DNA of 64,000 bases. Source: Methanothrix sp. GTDB lineage: Archaea; Halobacteriota; Methanosarcinia; Methanotrichales; Methanotrichaceae. The stretch is taken from the NCBI GenBank assembly GCA_963682135.1, contig OY821645.1:1248001-1312000 (forward strand). Reading direction: 5' to 3'. The translations under genes were made by a program, and so were the position numbers. Of the stretch, positions 49,119 through 59,461 are shown in pieces (position 1 is the stretch's first letter; the number at the start of each line of letters is the position of its first letter). A model generated the notes under the pieces. It made no database searches, was not told the DNA's origin, and worked only from the letters and a program-made list of their open reading frames with translations.

Positions 49119-49700
49119 ATGCAAGGAGAAAACAATAGCTACTATGTCCATCCCACGGCCATTGTCGAGAGCCTGGCAATTGGTGAGGGCACAAAGATCT
49201 GGCATTTCGCCCATGTGCGCCGGGGCTCTAAGATCGGCAAGAGCTGCAACATAGGAAAGAGCGTTTACATCGACATCGATGCCGAGATCGGCAACAATGT
49301 GAAGATCCAGAACTTCGTCTCGGTTTATAAGGGCGTGATCATCGAGGACGATGTCTTCGTCGGACCTTCTGCCACCTTCACCAATGATTTGTATCCGCGT
49401 GCATTTATCTGGAATGAAAGCCACGTTTTTGCGACGCGCATCTGCCGGGGGGCCAGCATTGGGGCAAATGCCACAATAGTCTGCGGCATAACCGTAGGCG
49501 AGTATGCCATGATTGGCGCGGGAAGCGTCGTGGCGAAAGACGTGCCGCCCTTTGCTCTCGTGCTGGGCAATCCTGCCCGCCAGAAGGGTTATGTCTGCTA
49601 CTGCGGAGGCAGGCTGAAAGAGGATGCCACACAATCGGTCTACAAATGCCCGGCCTGCAAAAAGAGTGTGGAAATTAGGAAGGATAATAGAGATGTCTGA
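49119..49700 (+). CDS. Hexapeptide N-acetyltransferase (WbpD-like) with a C-terminal Zn ribbon
   Basis: IWHFAHV, VKIQNFVSVY, FTND.YPR, GNPAR; CYCG...CPAC. Confidence 0.9.
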   Translation: MQGENNSYYVHPTAIVESLAIGEGTKIWHFAHVRRGSKIGKSCNIGKSVYIDIDAEIGNNVKIQNFVSVYKGVIIEDDVFVGPSATFTNDLYPRAFIWNESHVFATRICRGASIGANATIVCGITVGEYAMIGAGSVVAKDVPPFALVLGNPARQKGYVCYCGGRLKEDATQSVYKCPACKKSVEIRKDNRDV

Positions 49701-50880
49701 AGAGTATGCAAAGATTGCAGTCATTGGCCTTGGCAACGCCGGGCTGCCTCTGGCTGCAGTTATGGCGGACAGCGGCATTATGGTCATGGGCGTGGATATT
49801 AATGTTGAACGCTGCCGGATGATCAACCGAGGGGAAAATCCCATACCAGAGGAAGCGGGTTTAGAAGAGCTGATAAAAGAGCACGGCGGAAAAAGGCTCG
49901 TGGCTACGCCGCGATTCGAGGACGCGAGCGGCTGCCAAGCATTCATAGTGATCGTGCCCGTCTTTGTGGACGGCGGCAACAACCCCGACTTTTCAATTAT
50001 GGAGAAGGCACTGCATTCTCTGGGCAGGATCCTGAAGAAGGGAGACCTGGTCGTTTTAGAGACGACCTTTCCGCCCGGCACAACCCAAGGCATGGTGCAG
50101 GACTGGCTATGCGAGTCAAGCGGCCTTTCGGAGAGTGACTTTTTCCTGGCCTATTCACCCGAGAGGATAATGACCGGCTATAGCATCTCCAGGCTTCGAG
50201 AATTTCCCAAAGTGATCGGCGGCAGGGACGAAGAGAGCGGGATAATTGCCTACCAGGTCTATAAAAAATTCATCTGCAACCTTCATCTGGTCTCCTCGGC
50301 CAAAGTGGCAGAGATGATCAAGGTCATGGAAGGCTGCTATCGCGATGTAAATATTGCTCTGGCCAATGAACTCTTCAAGATTTGCGACGATTTGGGGGTC
50401 GACTTTTTCGAGGCCAGAGACAACGCCAACCACCAGTTCTGCCACATCCATCTGCCATCTACCGGCGTAGGCGGCCACTGCATTCCAGTATACCCCTGGT
50501 TTCTCATAAAAGAGATGGAGAAGAGAGAGCACTTCAGCAATTGCCGCTTGCTTCATGTCTCACGAGAGATCAACGACGAGATGATCCGCTACTGGGCGCA
50601 AAGAATATTGCAAGAGTGCATGAAAATCAATAAGCCGCTCTTTTGCATTAAGATCTGCATCAAGGGCATAACCTTCCGAGCAGGCGTAAAAGAGTTCTAT
50701 CACAGCCGCAACCTTGCCTTAGCCAGACTGCTTATGGAAAAGGGACTTGATGCTTACGTATATGATTCCATGCTAAGCGAGCAAGATGTGCAGACAAAGG
50801 GCCTGCGCTACATCGATCCAAAGATGGCGGATCTGCTCTTCGATCCCTTCCGTCTTACCTTTGAGTATCCAGAAAAATGA
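49693..50880 (+). CDS. UDP-sugar 6-dehydrogenase (WbpA/WecC-like)
   Basis: IGLGNAGLP, SPER, catalytic GVGGHCIP. Start taken at ATG 49693. Confidence 0.9.
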   Translation: MSEEYAKIAVIGLGNAGLPLAAVMADSGIMVMGVDINVERCRMINRGENPIPEEAGLEELIKEHGGKRLVATPRFEDASGCQAFIVIVPVFVDGGNNPDFSIMEKALHSLGRILKKGDLVVLETTFPPGTTQGMVQDWLCESSGLSESDFFLAYSPERIMTGYSISRLREFPKVIGGRDEESGIIAYQVYKKFICNLHLVSSAKVAEMIKVMEGCYRDVNIALANELFKICDDLGVDFFEARDNANHQFCHIHLPSTGVGGHCIPVYPWFLIKEMEKREHFSNCRLLHVSREINDEMIRYWAQRILQECMKINKPLFCIKICIKGITFRAGVKEFYHSRNLALARLLMEKGLDAYVYDSMLSEQDVQTKGLRYIDPKMADLLFDPFRLTFEYPEK

Positions 50881-50910
50881 TAAGAACAGAGGATAGAAAG
50901 GACGAAGAAA

Positions 50911-51903
50911 ATGAGGATACTTCTTCTCTCCAATCAGCCGGAGAGGACTACAAGGCTCTTGATGTTCAAAGCAACCCTGGAGAGCCAGGGCCAGCAGGTC
51001 ATCGTGCCCCGATTCAGCTCGCATAGCTGGCTGCAAATAGCCAGGGAAGCCAGAGAGATCCTGCAAAAGGAGAAGCCTGATGTGGTACATCTCTTCAATG
51101 TGCCGGATATCATCTTTCATGGGTTAGGCAAGCTGAAGGGTTCCTGCTACAAGAAGCTCATTTACGATTACCGTTCCCCCTGGGGAGTAGAACTGCAGAT
51201 GAGCTTCGGACCGCTGGCCAGGCCCGCAGGCGAATATTTTGAGCGAGAGCTGGCAAGAGTGGCTGATGTGATCACAGCCGTCAACCGGCCTCTGGCAGAT
51301 AAGGTGCGCTCTTACGTTCATGGAATGGAAAAGCCTCTCTTCATTGTGAACAACTATCCGGCAAGAAGTTTCCTGCAAAAGAGCAAAATTTCTGACACTT
51401 CAGAGTCTGCCAGTGAGAAGCCCATCGTCTTCATGGGGAGAATCAGCCGCCAGGAGGGCATAGGCAATCTGCTCCGCCTTATTCGAAATATTCCGAAGCA
51501 GCCCTTCTGGATCATAGGCGACGGGCCTTTTTCTCGCTGGTATCTGAGAAAGCTTCCCAAGAATGCTCGATTCTTCGGCTGGCAGCCGCATGATAAGGTG
51601 GCCGGGCTGATCAGCCAGGCCAGGATCTGCCTTATTCCTCACAGCGAGAGCCTGCTCACGCCCTATGCCACAGACAGAAGCGTCTGGAAGCTGAATGAGT
51701 ACCTGCTGCTGGGAAAGACGGTGGTGGCTTCCGGGGTGACAGAGGAGGAGAAGAGGAAGAACCTGGTGGTTGTGAAGGCAGAAAAGCTGGAGGAAGCGGT
51801 GCGGGAGAATCTCCTGCGTGAACCGGAAAAACTCGCGGCAGAGGATTACAGGTTCTGGGACAGAAACGACCGGACGATCCAAGAGGCTTACGAGAGCCTT
51901 TAG
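50911..51903 (+). CDS. Glycosyltransferase, GT-B/GT4-like
   Basis: KPDVVH, FMGRIS, IIGDGP, KLNEYL..GK.VV. Confidence 0.8.
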   Translation: MRILLLSNQPERTTRLLMFKATLESQGQQVIVPRFSSHSWLQIAREAREILQKEKPDVVHLFNVPDIIFHGLGKLKGSCYKKLIYDYRSPWGVELQMSFGPLARPAGEYFERELARVADVITAVNRPLADKVRSYVHGMEKPLFIVNNYPARSFLQKSKISDTSESASEKPIVFMGRISRQEGIGNLLRLIRNIPKQPFWIIGDGPFSRWYLRKLPKNARFFGWQPHDKVAGLISQARICLIPHSESLLTPYATDRSVWKLNEYLLLGKTVVASGVTEEEKRKNLVVVKAEKLEEAVRENLLREPEKLAAEDYRFWDRNDRTIQEAYESL

Positions 51904-51922
51904 AATACAAAAAAATGTGGCC

Positions 51923-53728
51923 TCACTCCACAGTCACGCACTTGGCGAGGTTGCGAGGCTTGTCAATAGGCAGGCCGAGCTTGTTTGCCGTATAATAAGA
52001 GAGAAGCTGCACGGCCACGGTGCACAGCACTGCAGAGTAGATGGGCTGCGTCTGGGGCAGCTCAATTACATGGCTGGCCACCTTGGCAATATCCGGATCG
52101 CCTTCCGTAGCGAAGGCTATTACCTCAGCACCGCGCGCACTGACCTCTTTTATGTTGGACTGAATCTTTTTGCCGCAGGTAGCCAGAGCCACCACGGGCG
52201 TCTTTTCAGTAATTAACGCCAGCGGCCCGTGCTTAAGCTCGCCTCCGGCATAGCCCTCGGATGGTATATAGGCGATCTCTTTCATCTTTAAAGCCCCTTC
52301 CAGCGAGATGGGATAGAGATAGTCCCTGCCGATAAAGAAATAGCAGCTTGCGCCCACATATTGCTCAGCGATCTCTCTGATCTCCTCCCTCTTCTCGAGG
52401 ACCCTCTGCACCAGGCCGGGTAGTTTGGTCAGCTCAATCAGCATCTTTCTGGCCTGGTCGGGAGTAAGATGGCCGCGGGCTCTGCCCAGACGTACAGCCA
52501 GCAGAATGATGGCCACCAGCTGAGAGGTGAAGGTCTTGGTTGCGGCCACGCCGATCTCCGGGCCGCAGCGAGTGTAGATGGTGCCGTCCACAAGCTCGGC
52601 CACCGTTGAGCCCAAGACATTGGTGATGGCCAGGCTGCGTCCACCGCAGGTCTTGGCCTTCTTCAAAGCGAGCAGAGTATCTGCGGTCTCTCCGGACTGG
52701 GTGATGCCCAGGAGCAGAGTCTTGGGCCGCACCTGAAGATTCAAAAACTCGGATGCCACCTCTACATCAACCGGCAGACCGGCCACACGGGCAAAGAGGT
52801 TCTTGGCCAGCATTCCGGCGTGGTAGGATGTGCCGCAGGCGATGATAGTTGCTCTTTCCAGGCCTTTTGTCTCCTCATCGCTTATACCCAGCTTGAGCCG
52901 CACATCCCCCTCGATCTCCGAGATCCGGCCCGCGATGGTCTCGCGAATGGCCCGCGGCTGCTCATGAATCTCTTTGAGCATGAAATGCGCATAGCCACCC
53001 TTCTCTGCAGCATCGGCACCCCAGTTAATGCGCTCGACCTGCACCTGGCGGGGTCGGCCCTCTTTATCACTTATCTCAACTCGGTCCGCAAAGATCCGAG
53101 CGATCTCGCCGTCTCTCATGCGGATGACGTCTTTAGTATAGGGAAGGAGAGCAGGAACATCAGATGCCACATAGATTGCAGCATTGCCTTTGCCCAGCAC
53201 CAGAGGACTGTCCTTTCTGGCACAGACCAGATAGGGTGAACTGGCTGCGAGCACTGCCACGGCATATGAGCCTTCCACATGCTCCAAAGCCTCTTGAACG
53301 GCTGAGTAAAGATCGCCCTTATAATGAGAATGAATGAGATGCGCCAGAGCCTCGCTATCTGTCTCGGAAGTAAATACATAGCCCGATTCAGTAAGCATCT
53401 CTCTTAGCTCCAGGTAGTTTTCAATAATGCCGTTATGAACTATGGCGATCTCCCCGGAAGTGTGTGGATGCGCATTCTGATCGCTTGGCCTCCCGTGAGT
53501 TGCCCAGCGTGTATGGCCGATGCCCATGCACTCTCCCGGACAGCCTCTGGATTGGTAGACCTTTTCCAGATCCACGATTCGACCGGCTGACTTTAAGACC
53601 TCAATTTCTCCCCCAGACTTGAAGGCCACACCAACCGAATCATAACCTCTGTACTCCAGCCGTTTCAGAGTATCAAAAAGGATCGGCCCTGCCAACTGGT
53701 CGCCTATATAAGCCACAATTCCGCACAT
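51923..53728 (-). CDS. glmS: Glutamine--fructose-6-phosphate transaminase
   Basis: MCGIV, GHTRWATHG, QSGETADT, VAATKTF, PRNLAK.VTVE. Confidence 0.97.
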   Translation of the reverse strand: MCGIVAYIGDQLAGPILFDTLKRLEYRGYDSVGVAFKSGGEIEVLKSAGRIVDLEKVYQSRGCPGECMGIGHTRWATHGRPSDQNAHPHTSGEIAIVHNGIIENYLELREMLTESGYVFTSETDSEALAHLIHSHYKGDLYSAVQEALEHVEGSYAVAVLAASSPYLVCARKDSPLVLGKGNAAIYVASDVPALLPYTKDVIRMRDGEIARIFADRVEISDKEGRPRQVQVERINWGADAAEKGGYAHFMLKEIHEQPRAIRETIAGRISEIEGDVRLKLGISDEETKGLERATIIACGTSYHAGMLAKNLFARVAGLPVDVEVASEFLNLQVRPKTLLLGITQSGETADTLLALKKAKTCGGRSLAITNVLGSTVAELVDGTIYTRCGPEIGVAATKTFTSQLVAIILLAVRLGRARGHLTPDQARKMLIELTKLPGLVQRVLEKREEIREIAEQYVGASCYFFIGRDYLYPISLEGALKMKEIAYIPSEGYAGGELKHGPLALITEKTPVVALATCGKKIQSNIKEVSARGAEVIAFATEGDPDIAKVASHVIELPQTQPIYSAVLCTVAVQLLSYYTANKLGLPIDKPRNLAKCVTVE

Positions 53729-54936
53729 CAGCTAATCACCCTGCTCTCCCTCTCAATCCAGCCGCGAATTGATGCTCCCGAGCCTATGCGCGCACCAGTT
53801 CCCACAACCGTTCCCGGGCTGACCAGAACTCTGCTTCCCAGGGTTACATCATCGGCAAATATCGCTCCGAACTCCGTCCTCTCAAAGGCATCTTCCAAAT
53901 CTACTACCGATGGGCCCGTCTCGATGACCAGTTGGTCGCCCAAAGTGCAGCTTGCTCCGATTACCGAATCGGAAATAATAGCAGCCGTGCCGATCCGGGA
54001 ATCATTCATGATTATGCTGTTTCTCACCTCAGAATGTGAACCAATCCTTACAGAGTCGCCTATGGAAGTGGACGGCAGAATTGTGACAGACGGGCCGATA
54101 TCGCAGTCCTCGCCGATACAGACCGGGCCCACCAGATAAGATCCGGAGCGGACAATACTGCCCCTACCTACTTCCACCGGGCCTTTGATTATTGCGCCCT
54201 CTTCCACCTCCCCCGAGATTGTTGTATCCTTCATACTCAGAGCAAGGTTATTGGCATTAAGAAGATCCCAGGCAAATACGGCATCGGACCAGATGCCTTT
54301 AGTGATCTGGGGCACAACCTCTCTTCCCTCTGCAATCATCTGAGACAGAGTCTGGGTCAGCTCATAAGACCCCCTCTCAGATATAGGTGTATGACGAAGA
54401 TCGTCAAAGATGGCCGGGCTGAATTTGTAGGCTCCCGTATTGAGAATTCCGGAACAGGGCCTCCCAGGCTTCTCAATTATTGCCTTTACCCTCTCCTGTT
54501 CTACCATTAAGACACCATAGTCCCCGGAATGACGACGAAGAGCTGCCAATATCACGTTCTCTCCTTTGGCCGCAATCAGTTCCTTGACTGCTCTCGCATC
54601 TATAAGATTGTCCCCGTTGACCACGAGAAATTCCTCATTTACATAGCTTTCAGCTTTGCGCAGGGCATGGGCCGTTCCCAAAAGCTCATTTTGTTCGAGG
54701 TAAGTGATCTTTACGCCAAAATCAAGACCATCCTCAAAATAGTCCATAACTCTTTCTTTCTGATAGCCCACTACTATGTAAAGATCTCGAATGTCGTTTG
54801 CAGCCAGAGCCGAAATGACATGCTCCATGAAAGGGCGGTTTCCCACGGGAAGCATAACCTTGGATCTGGTCTGGGTAAGCGGCCTGCATCTGCGGCCTTC
54901 TCCCGCCGCCAATATGACTCCCTTCAAATCTATCAC
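53728..54936 (-). CDS. Second GlmU-like sugar-phosphate nucleotidyltransferase
   Basis: ILAAGEGRRCRP, LGTAHAL, NGD, hexapeptide C-terminus lacking the HLSY motif. Confidence 0.85.
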   Translation of the reverse strand: MIDLKGVILAAGEGRRCRPLTQTRSKVMLPVGNRPFMEHVISALAANDIRDLYIVVGYQKERVMDYFEDGLDFGVKITYLEQNELLGTAHALRKAESYVNEEFLVVNGDNLIDARAVKELIAAKGENVILAALRRHSGDYGVLMVEQERVKAIIEKPGRPCSGILNTGAYKFSPAIFDDLRHTPISERGSYELTQTLSQMIAEGREVVPQITKGIWSDAVFAWDLLNANNLALSMKDTTISGEVEEGAIIKGPVEVGRGSIVRSGSYLVGPVCIGEDCDIGPSVTILPSTSIGDSVRIGSHSEVRNSIIMNDSRIGTAAIISDSVIGASCTLGDQLVIETGPSVVDLEDAFERTEFGAIFADDVTLGSRVLVSPGTVVGTGARIGSGASIRGWIERESRVIS

Positions 54937-55051
54937 ATTCCGGATATCTATAACTCATTTATGTTGCTCAGCCCGGCTTTAGATCTTTTCGGTCAAATAT
55001 TCATATATACATGCAGAGATCAAGAGGTGCTTTACGAGGAAGACAGGACAA

Positions 55052-56188
55052 ATGAAAATACTTGTAATACCCACTACGGATTGGATCAGGCATCCTGTTC
55101 CCAATCGGCTCAATTTCATCTTTGACAATCTGGCCGAGGAGCATGATGTGTATGTGCTGCATTTCGGCCTGTTGAGGTTTTCAAAGCTGCAGGCAAGGGA
55201 AACAAAATGCAAGCTGGTAGCGGCAAGCTGGATAAATGCGGAGGACCCTTCACTATATTACCTCCTAAACTTCCCATATCACTTATGGAAGATCAGAAAT
55301 ATTGTGAAGAAGCTGGACATAGATGTAATCCTGTCCACCAATATCTTGCCATCCTTTGCTGCAAACTTCGCGCACTCGCCCGTCGTATTCGACTACCTGG
55401 ATCATCTTGAAGAATCGGCATCGATTTACTATCCCGGATCGGCCCTTGGAGAGATCGTCAAGCAGGTGGTAAGCCTCATCACCAGATACAACCTGCGCAC
55501 GGCACGCTGTGTCATTACAGTAACCAAAGAGCTTTCCGCTTTTCTGCATGACCTGGGTGTAAAAGACCTAACTGTGATTCCCAATGGCGTGGACACAAAG
55601 CTCCTTCGGCCACTCTCCATGCAGGAGGCCAAGAAATCTCTGGGCCTGACGGGCGTGGTCCTGGGCTATGTGGGATCGCTCGAACACTGGGTGGATCTGG
55701 AGACTGTAGTGTCGGCTCTACCGCAGATCGATGCCACGTTGCTGGTTGTAGGGCCGGGGCTTTTTACCGATTATGGGGACGAGATTAAGAAGATGGCTAG
55801 GGACCATGGCATTCTGGATAGAATCGTCTTCACGGGCGCTGTGGAGTATGCCAGGCTCTCCCGCTATATCTCTGCCATGGACATCGGCCTTAACCCACTG
55901 AAGATGATGAAGAAGAACGAGTACGCTGCCGGAGGAAAGGTCTTCAATTATCTGGCCTGCGGCAGGCCGGTGCTCTCCAGCCGCATGATATCTCTGGAGA
56001 AGCTGCTGGGCGATGAGATTTACTACTACGATGATGTAGAGAGCTTCATCATGCAAGTCGAGAAGATCCTGTCAGATGGTGGCGACGAGTTGAGATACAG
56101 GTCCCTGGCCGAGAAATATGACTGGAGAGAGATAGCCCAGAGTTACGAAAAGGTTCTGCAAAAGGCTTCGCAGCTCGACTCAAAATGA
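55052..56188 (+). CDS. Glycosyltransferase family 4
   Basis: VIPNGVD, GYVGSL, KVFNYLACGRPV. Confidence 0.88.
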   Translation: MKILVIPTTDWIRHPVPNRLNFIFDNLAEEHDVYVLHFGLLRFSKLQARETKCKLVAASWINAEDPSLYYLLNFPYHLWKIRNIVKKLDIDVILSTNILPSFAANFAHSPVVFDYLDHLEESASIYYPGSALGEIVKQVVSLITRYNLRTARCVITVTKELSAFLHDLGVKDLTVIPNGVDTKLLRPLSMQEAKKSLGLTGVVLGYVGSLEHWVDLETVVSALPQIDATLLVVGPGLFTDYGDEIKKMARDHGILDRIVFTGAVEYARLSRYISAMDIGLNPLKMMKKNEYAAGGKVFNYLACGRPVLSSRMISLEKLLGDEIYYYDDVESFIMQVEKILSDGGDELRYRSLAEKYDWREIAQSYEKVLQKASQLDSK

Positions 56189-57153
56189 AGATCGCATTTA
56201 TATATTACGATTTTTCGTCCTTCGTTAAACAGGACTATGAGATACTTTCCAAGCATTTTGACGTGGAAAAGGTCAGCTACAGAAGGCCCAAAGACGTATT
56301 CAAGATAGCAAGAGCCATATTCAATTCAGATCTAACCTATTCCTGGTTCGCCTCAGGACATTCGTTTATTGCCGTGCTCATATCAAAAATGTTGAACAGA
56401 CGATCCATAGTTGTGGCGGGCGGCTATGATGTGGCAAACGTGCCAGAGATCAATTATGGGCAATATACCCTTGGTAAAGATAAAAGACTGTATGCAGACT
56501 ACGTCCTGAAGAATGCGGATATCATCCTGGCAGTATCGAAGTTCACAGAGGGAGAAGTCCTTGCCAGGACAAAGCCCCGCATGGTAAAAGTCATCTACAA
56601 CGGGATTAACACCGATAAGTTCGTGCCGGGAAGCGAGAAGAAAAATCTGGTGATAACTGTAGCTTCAGGGACAAAAAATGTAATTAAACTCAAAGGCATA
56701 GACACCTTCGCCAAAGCAGCTGAGCATATTCCGGGCACCAGATTTAGGGTATTGGGACTGTCCGACAGAGACCGGAAGATACTGGAAGGAAAATACCCCT
56801 CGCCAAATCTGGATCTTTGCGGACATATGTCTCAGAAGGATTTGATAAAATGCTACCAGAAAGCACGAGTTTATTGCCAGTTGTCATATCGTGAGTCCTT
56901 TGGGGTTGCCCTTGCCGAGGCGATGTCTTGCGAGTGTGTCCCCGTGGTTACGGAAAGGGCCGCTCTGCCGGAAGTTGTGGGAAATACGGGCATTTATGTG
57001 CCCTATGATGATGAAAAGGCAACTGCAAAAGGAATAGGAGAAGCCCTCAGCTCGGATAAGGGGAAAAAAGCCCGCGAGAGGGTGGAAAGTGACTTTTCTG
57101 TGAAGAAAAGAGAGACCGAGCTGGTAAAGGCGATCAGGATGATAGCTAAATGA
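56185..57153 (+). CDS. Glycosyltransferase family 4
   Basis: IYNGIN, ESFGVALAEAMSC (EX7E motif). Confidence 0.9.
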   Translation: MKIAFIYYDFSSFVKQDYEILSKHFDVEKVSYRRPKDVFKIARAIFNSDLTYSWFASGHSFIAVLISKMLNRRSIVVAGGYDVANVPEINYGQYTLGKDKRLYADYVLKNADIILAVSKFTEGEVLARTKPRMVKVIYNGINTDKFVPGSEKKNLVITVASGTKNVIKLKGIDTFAKAAEHIPGTRFRVLGLSDRDRKILEGKYPSPNLDLCGHMSQKDLIKCYQKARVYCQLSYRESFGVALAEAMSCECVPVVTERAALPEVVGNTGIYVPYDDEKATAKGIGEALSSDKGKKARERVESDFSVKKRETELVKAIRMIAK

Positions 57154-57166
57154 TTTGCAGGGATAG

Positions 57167-58288
57167 TCACGCATCAAAGGACTTATCGAGAAAGCTCTCG
57201 ATATCAGAAAAGGATTTACTCCAGTTGAATTGAATGGCCAGCCGATAATTAGATTCGCCGAAGCTGCGCCTGAGTTCAGGGGATTCTATCAGCGTTTTTA
57301 TCGATTCGGCAAGCTTTTCTGAGTCTTTGACAGGTACCAGGATGCCATTTTCTCCGTCTTTGACAAGAAAAGGTATTGCTCCGGCATTGGTTGCTACTAT
57401 TGGCAGACGGTTATACATAGCCTCTATCAAGACCATACCGAAACCTTCCCAAAGAGACGGAAAGACGAAGATGTCCGCCATTGCATAAAGCTTCTCCAGC
57501 TCATCAGAGGCAACCCGACCGTGAATGCGGACTTTATCCCCAATTCCTGCAGATTCACAACTATGTGAAATCTCACGAAAAAAAATCGGGTCACGGGTTG
57601 TATCGCCAACCAGGTCCAATATCAGGTTAGGAATGCCATAGTCAATAACCAGAATCCGGAAGGAGTCGATAAGCGTGTCCACACCCTTTCGAGTGGTAAT
57701 GTATCCCACAAAAAGCAGATGCAAATTCTCTTTATCCTTGGCTCTCTCACCAGACATTCTGGAGGAAGAGACGTTCAAGCCGGGATAGGCCACAACCATA
57801 TCCATGGAATGGCACATGAGGTTTTCCACGGAGTGTCTCGTAAATTCGCTGATGACAATAATTCCGTTTGCGCAGTTGAGGAATATGCGCTCTTCATAAA
57901 GCTTGAGCCACTTATTCAATCGCCCTTTCGCCAGGGGTGCGTAAAGGTGAGTGACGATTGGTATCACACGGACTTCTTTGCCCAGAAGCTGCCTTGTAAG
58001 CAGGGTCATCAAATTAAAAAGGAATAGGTCGGAGCTGGTAGAAATGTCCTCTATGATTATCGTTCTGCCTTCGAGCCGCCAGAGCAATTTCAATAAAGAC
58101 AGATTTTGTTTCAAGGAATTCAAGAAGAACTGAAGCCTAGTATTGTGAGGTTTGGTTTGCCAGGTGATATTTTCCACTGTAGAGTACCTGGATCTCAGAT
58201 AATCGTATAACCTGCGATTATAGATCTCTCCACCAGTAACAGGGCTCTGGCAAATGGGCATCATCATCAGGATTTTGCAGTTAATCAT
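57167..58288 (-). CDS. Glycosyltransferase family 4
   Basis: FVG...RKG, FPSLWEGFGMVLIEAM. Confidence 0.9.
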   Translation of the reverse strand: MINCKILMMMPICQSPVTGGEIYNRRLYDYLRSRYSTVENITWQTKPHNTRLQFFLNSLKQNLSLLKLLWRLEGRTIIIEDISTSSDLFLFNLMTLLTRQLLGKEVRVIPIVTHLYAPLAKGRLNKWLKLYEERIFLNCANGIIVISEFTRHSVENLMCHSMDMVVAYPGLNVSSSRMSGERAKDKENLHLLFVGYITTRKGVDTLIDSFRILVIDYGIPNLILDLVGDTTRDPIFFREISHSCESAGIGDKVRIHGRVASDELEKLYAMADIFVFPSLWEGFGMVLIEAMYNRLPIVATNAGAIPFLVKDGENGILVPVKDSEKLAESIKTLIESPELRRSFGESNYRLAIQFNWSKSFSDIESFLDKSFDA

Positions 58289-58294
58289 CGCTCA

Positions 58295-59359
58295 TCATCT
58301 CGATGCAGATTTTGCCATTGGTTTTAACTGCTTTTTCGGAATAATGCCATGCAAAACTCCCTTCAAGAATGATGATAAATTCGCAAATTCCCCTCGATAA
58401 ATGTATCCTGCAATGGTTGCCCAAAACTGTAATAAACAAAAATAGCAGAGAAAAGAGACAAGCTCCTCTTTTGTGGCATGACTTTTCACAAACCAGAGCC
58501 GGTTCCTTGTCTTATAGTATGTTACCATTCCGCGGGGCTTCGACGTGGAGACCTTATGCCATATGCCAGTGGTTGGAACAATTATGCAACCAAAACCTGC
58601 TTCGAATCCCCTCCGGCATAGATCGGTCTCTTCCCAATAGAGAAAATAGCTTGTATCTAGAAGACCTATTTTCTCCAATGCGGTTCTTCTTACTAATAAG
58701 CACGATCCTTCAAGACTATCCACCCTTGCGATGGAATGATACTGGCCCCGGTCGACCTCTTCCGAGCCAATGCGTCGATAGCTACCTCGGTTCATGATGA
58801 GATTTACGCCCGCCACGCTGATAAGATCAGTCCGGCCATTGCTATCATATTTATAAATGATTGGCCCAGCAAAACCAATACGCTCATCGCTGTCCATGGC
58901 GTTTACGAGTTTATCTAGAAGGTCACTCTTGACCACGGTATCATTGTTTAACAGCAAGATATATTCAGGGTTTTGGGATTTTAGTGCATATCTTATCCCA
59001 ATATTATTTCCCTCGGCGAAACCGTAGTTCTTATCGTTTCTTATAATTACTATCTTTCTGCGAGAAGGCAGATTGGCAATTTCATTCTCTCTGCCGCCTC
59101 CAGACGTGACATCATTATTTGTATACTCCAATATCTTTACCGGCTTATTCTCGGATGTATATTCGAAGTATTTGGATGCGATTGGTCTTTTTCCACCCAG
59201 ATAAGCTTTTATCTCTTCCAGAGAACAATTCACAGAACCGTTATCTATTAATATTATATGATAATTATCGTAATTGATTTGGTATAATGATTCTAAGCAC
59301 TCAATGGTATCCTGCCAGCCATTCCAGTTTAGAATTATGATAGAGACTCTTGGATTCAT
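58295..59359 (-). CDS. Glycosyltransferase family 2 (rhamnosyltransferase-like)
   Basis: IIILNWN, DNGS, NYGFAEGNN, LLNNDT, YWEETD. Start taken at ATG 59359. Confidence 0.9.
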   Translation of the reverse strand: MNPRVSIIILNWNGWQDTIECLESLYQINYDNYHIILIDNGSVNCSLEEIKAYLGGKRPIASKYFEYTSENKPVKILEYTNNDVTSGGGRENEIANLPSRRKIVIIRNDKNYGFAEGNNIGIRYALKSQNPEYILLLNNDTVVKSDLLDKLVNAMDSDERIGFAGPIIYKYDSNGRTDLISVAGVNLIMNRGSYRRIGSEEVDRGQYHSIARVDSLEGSCLLVRRTALEKIGLLDTSYFLYWEETDLCRRGFEAGFGCIIVPTTGIWHKVSTSKPRGMVTYYKTRNRLWFVKSHATKEELVSFLCYFCLLQFWATIAGYIYRGEFANLSSFLKGVLHGIIPKKQLKPMAKSASR

Positions 59360-59461
59360 ATGATTAAAATCACCAATTGATTGCCAATTCGCGCCATGTC
59401 GGTGTCCCACTATTTAGAATTAGCGGACAAAGGTACTGCCTACCATCCCTGCTATCACGGT

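Noticed and set aside
49071-50093. 340-aa minus-strand ORF across the acetyltransferase and dehydrogenase genes
   Set aside because: Antisense to two well-supported genes; no motifs.
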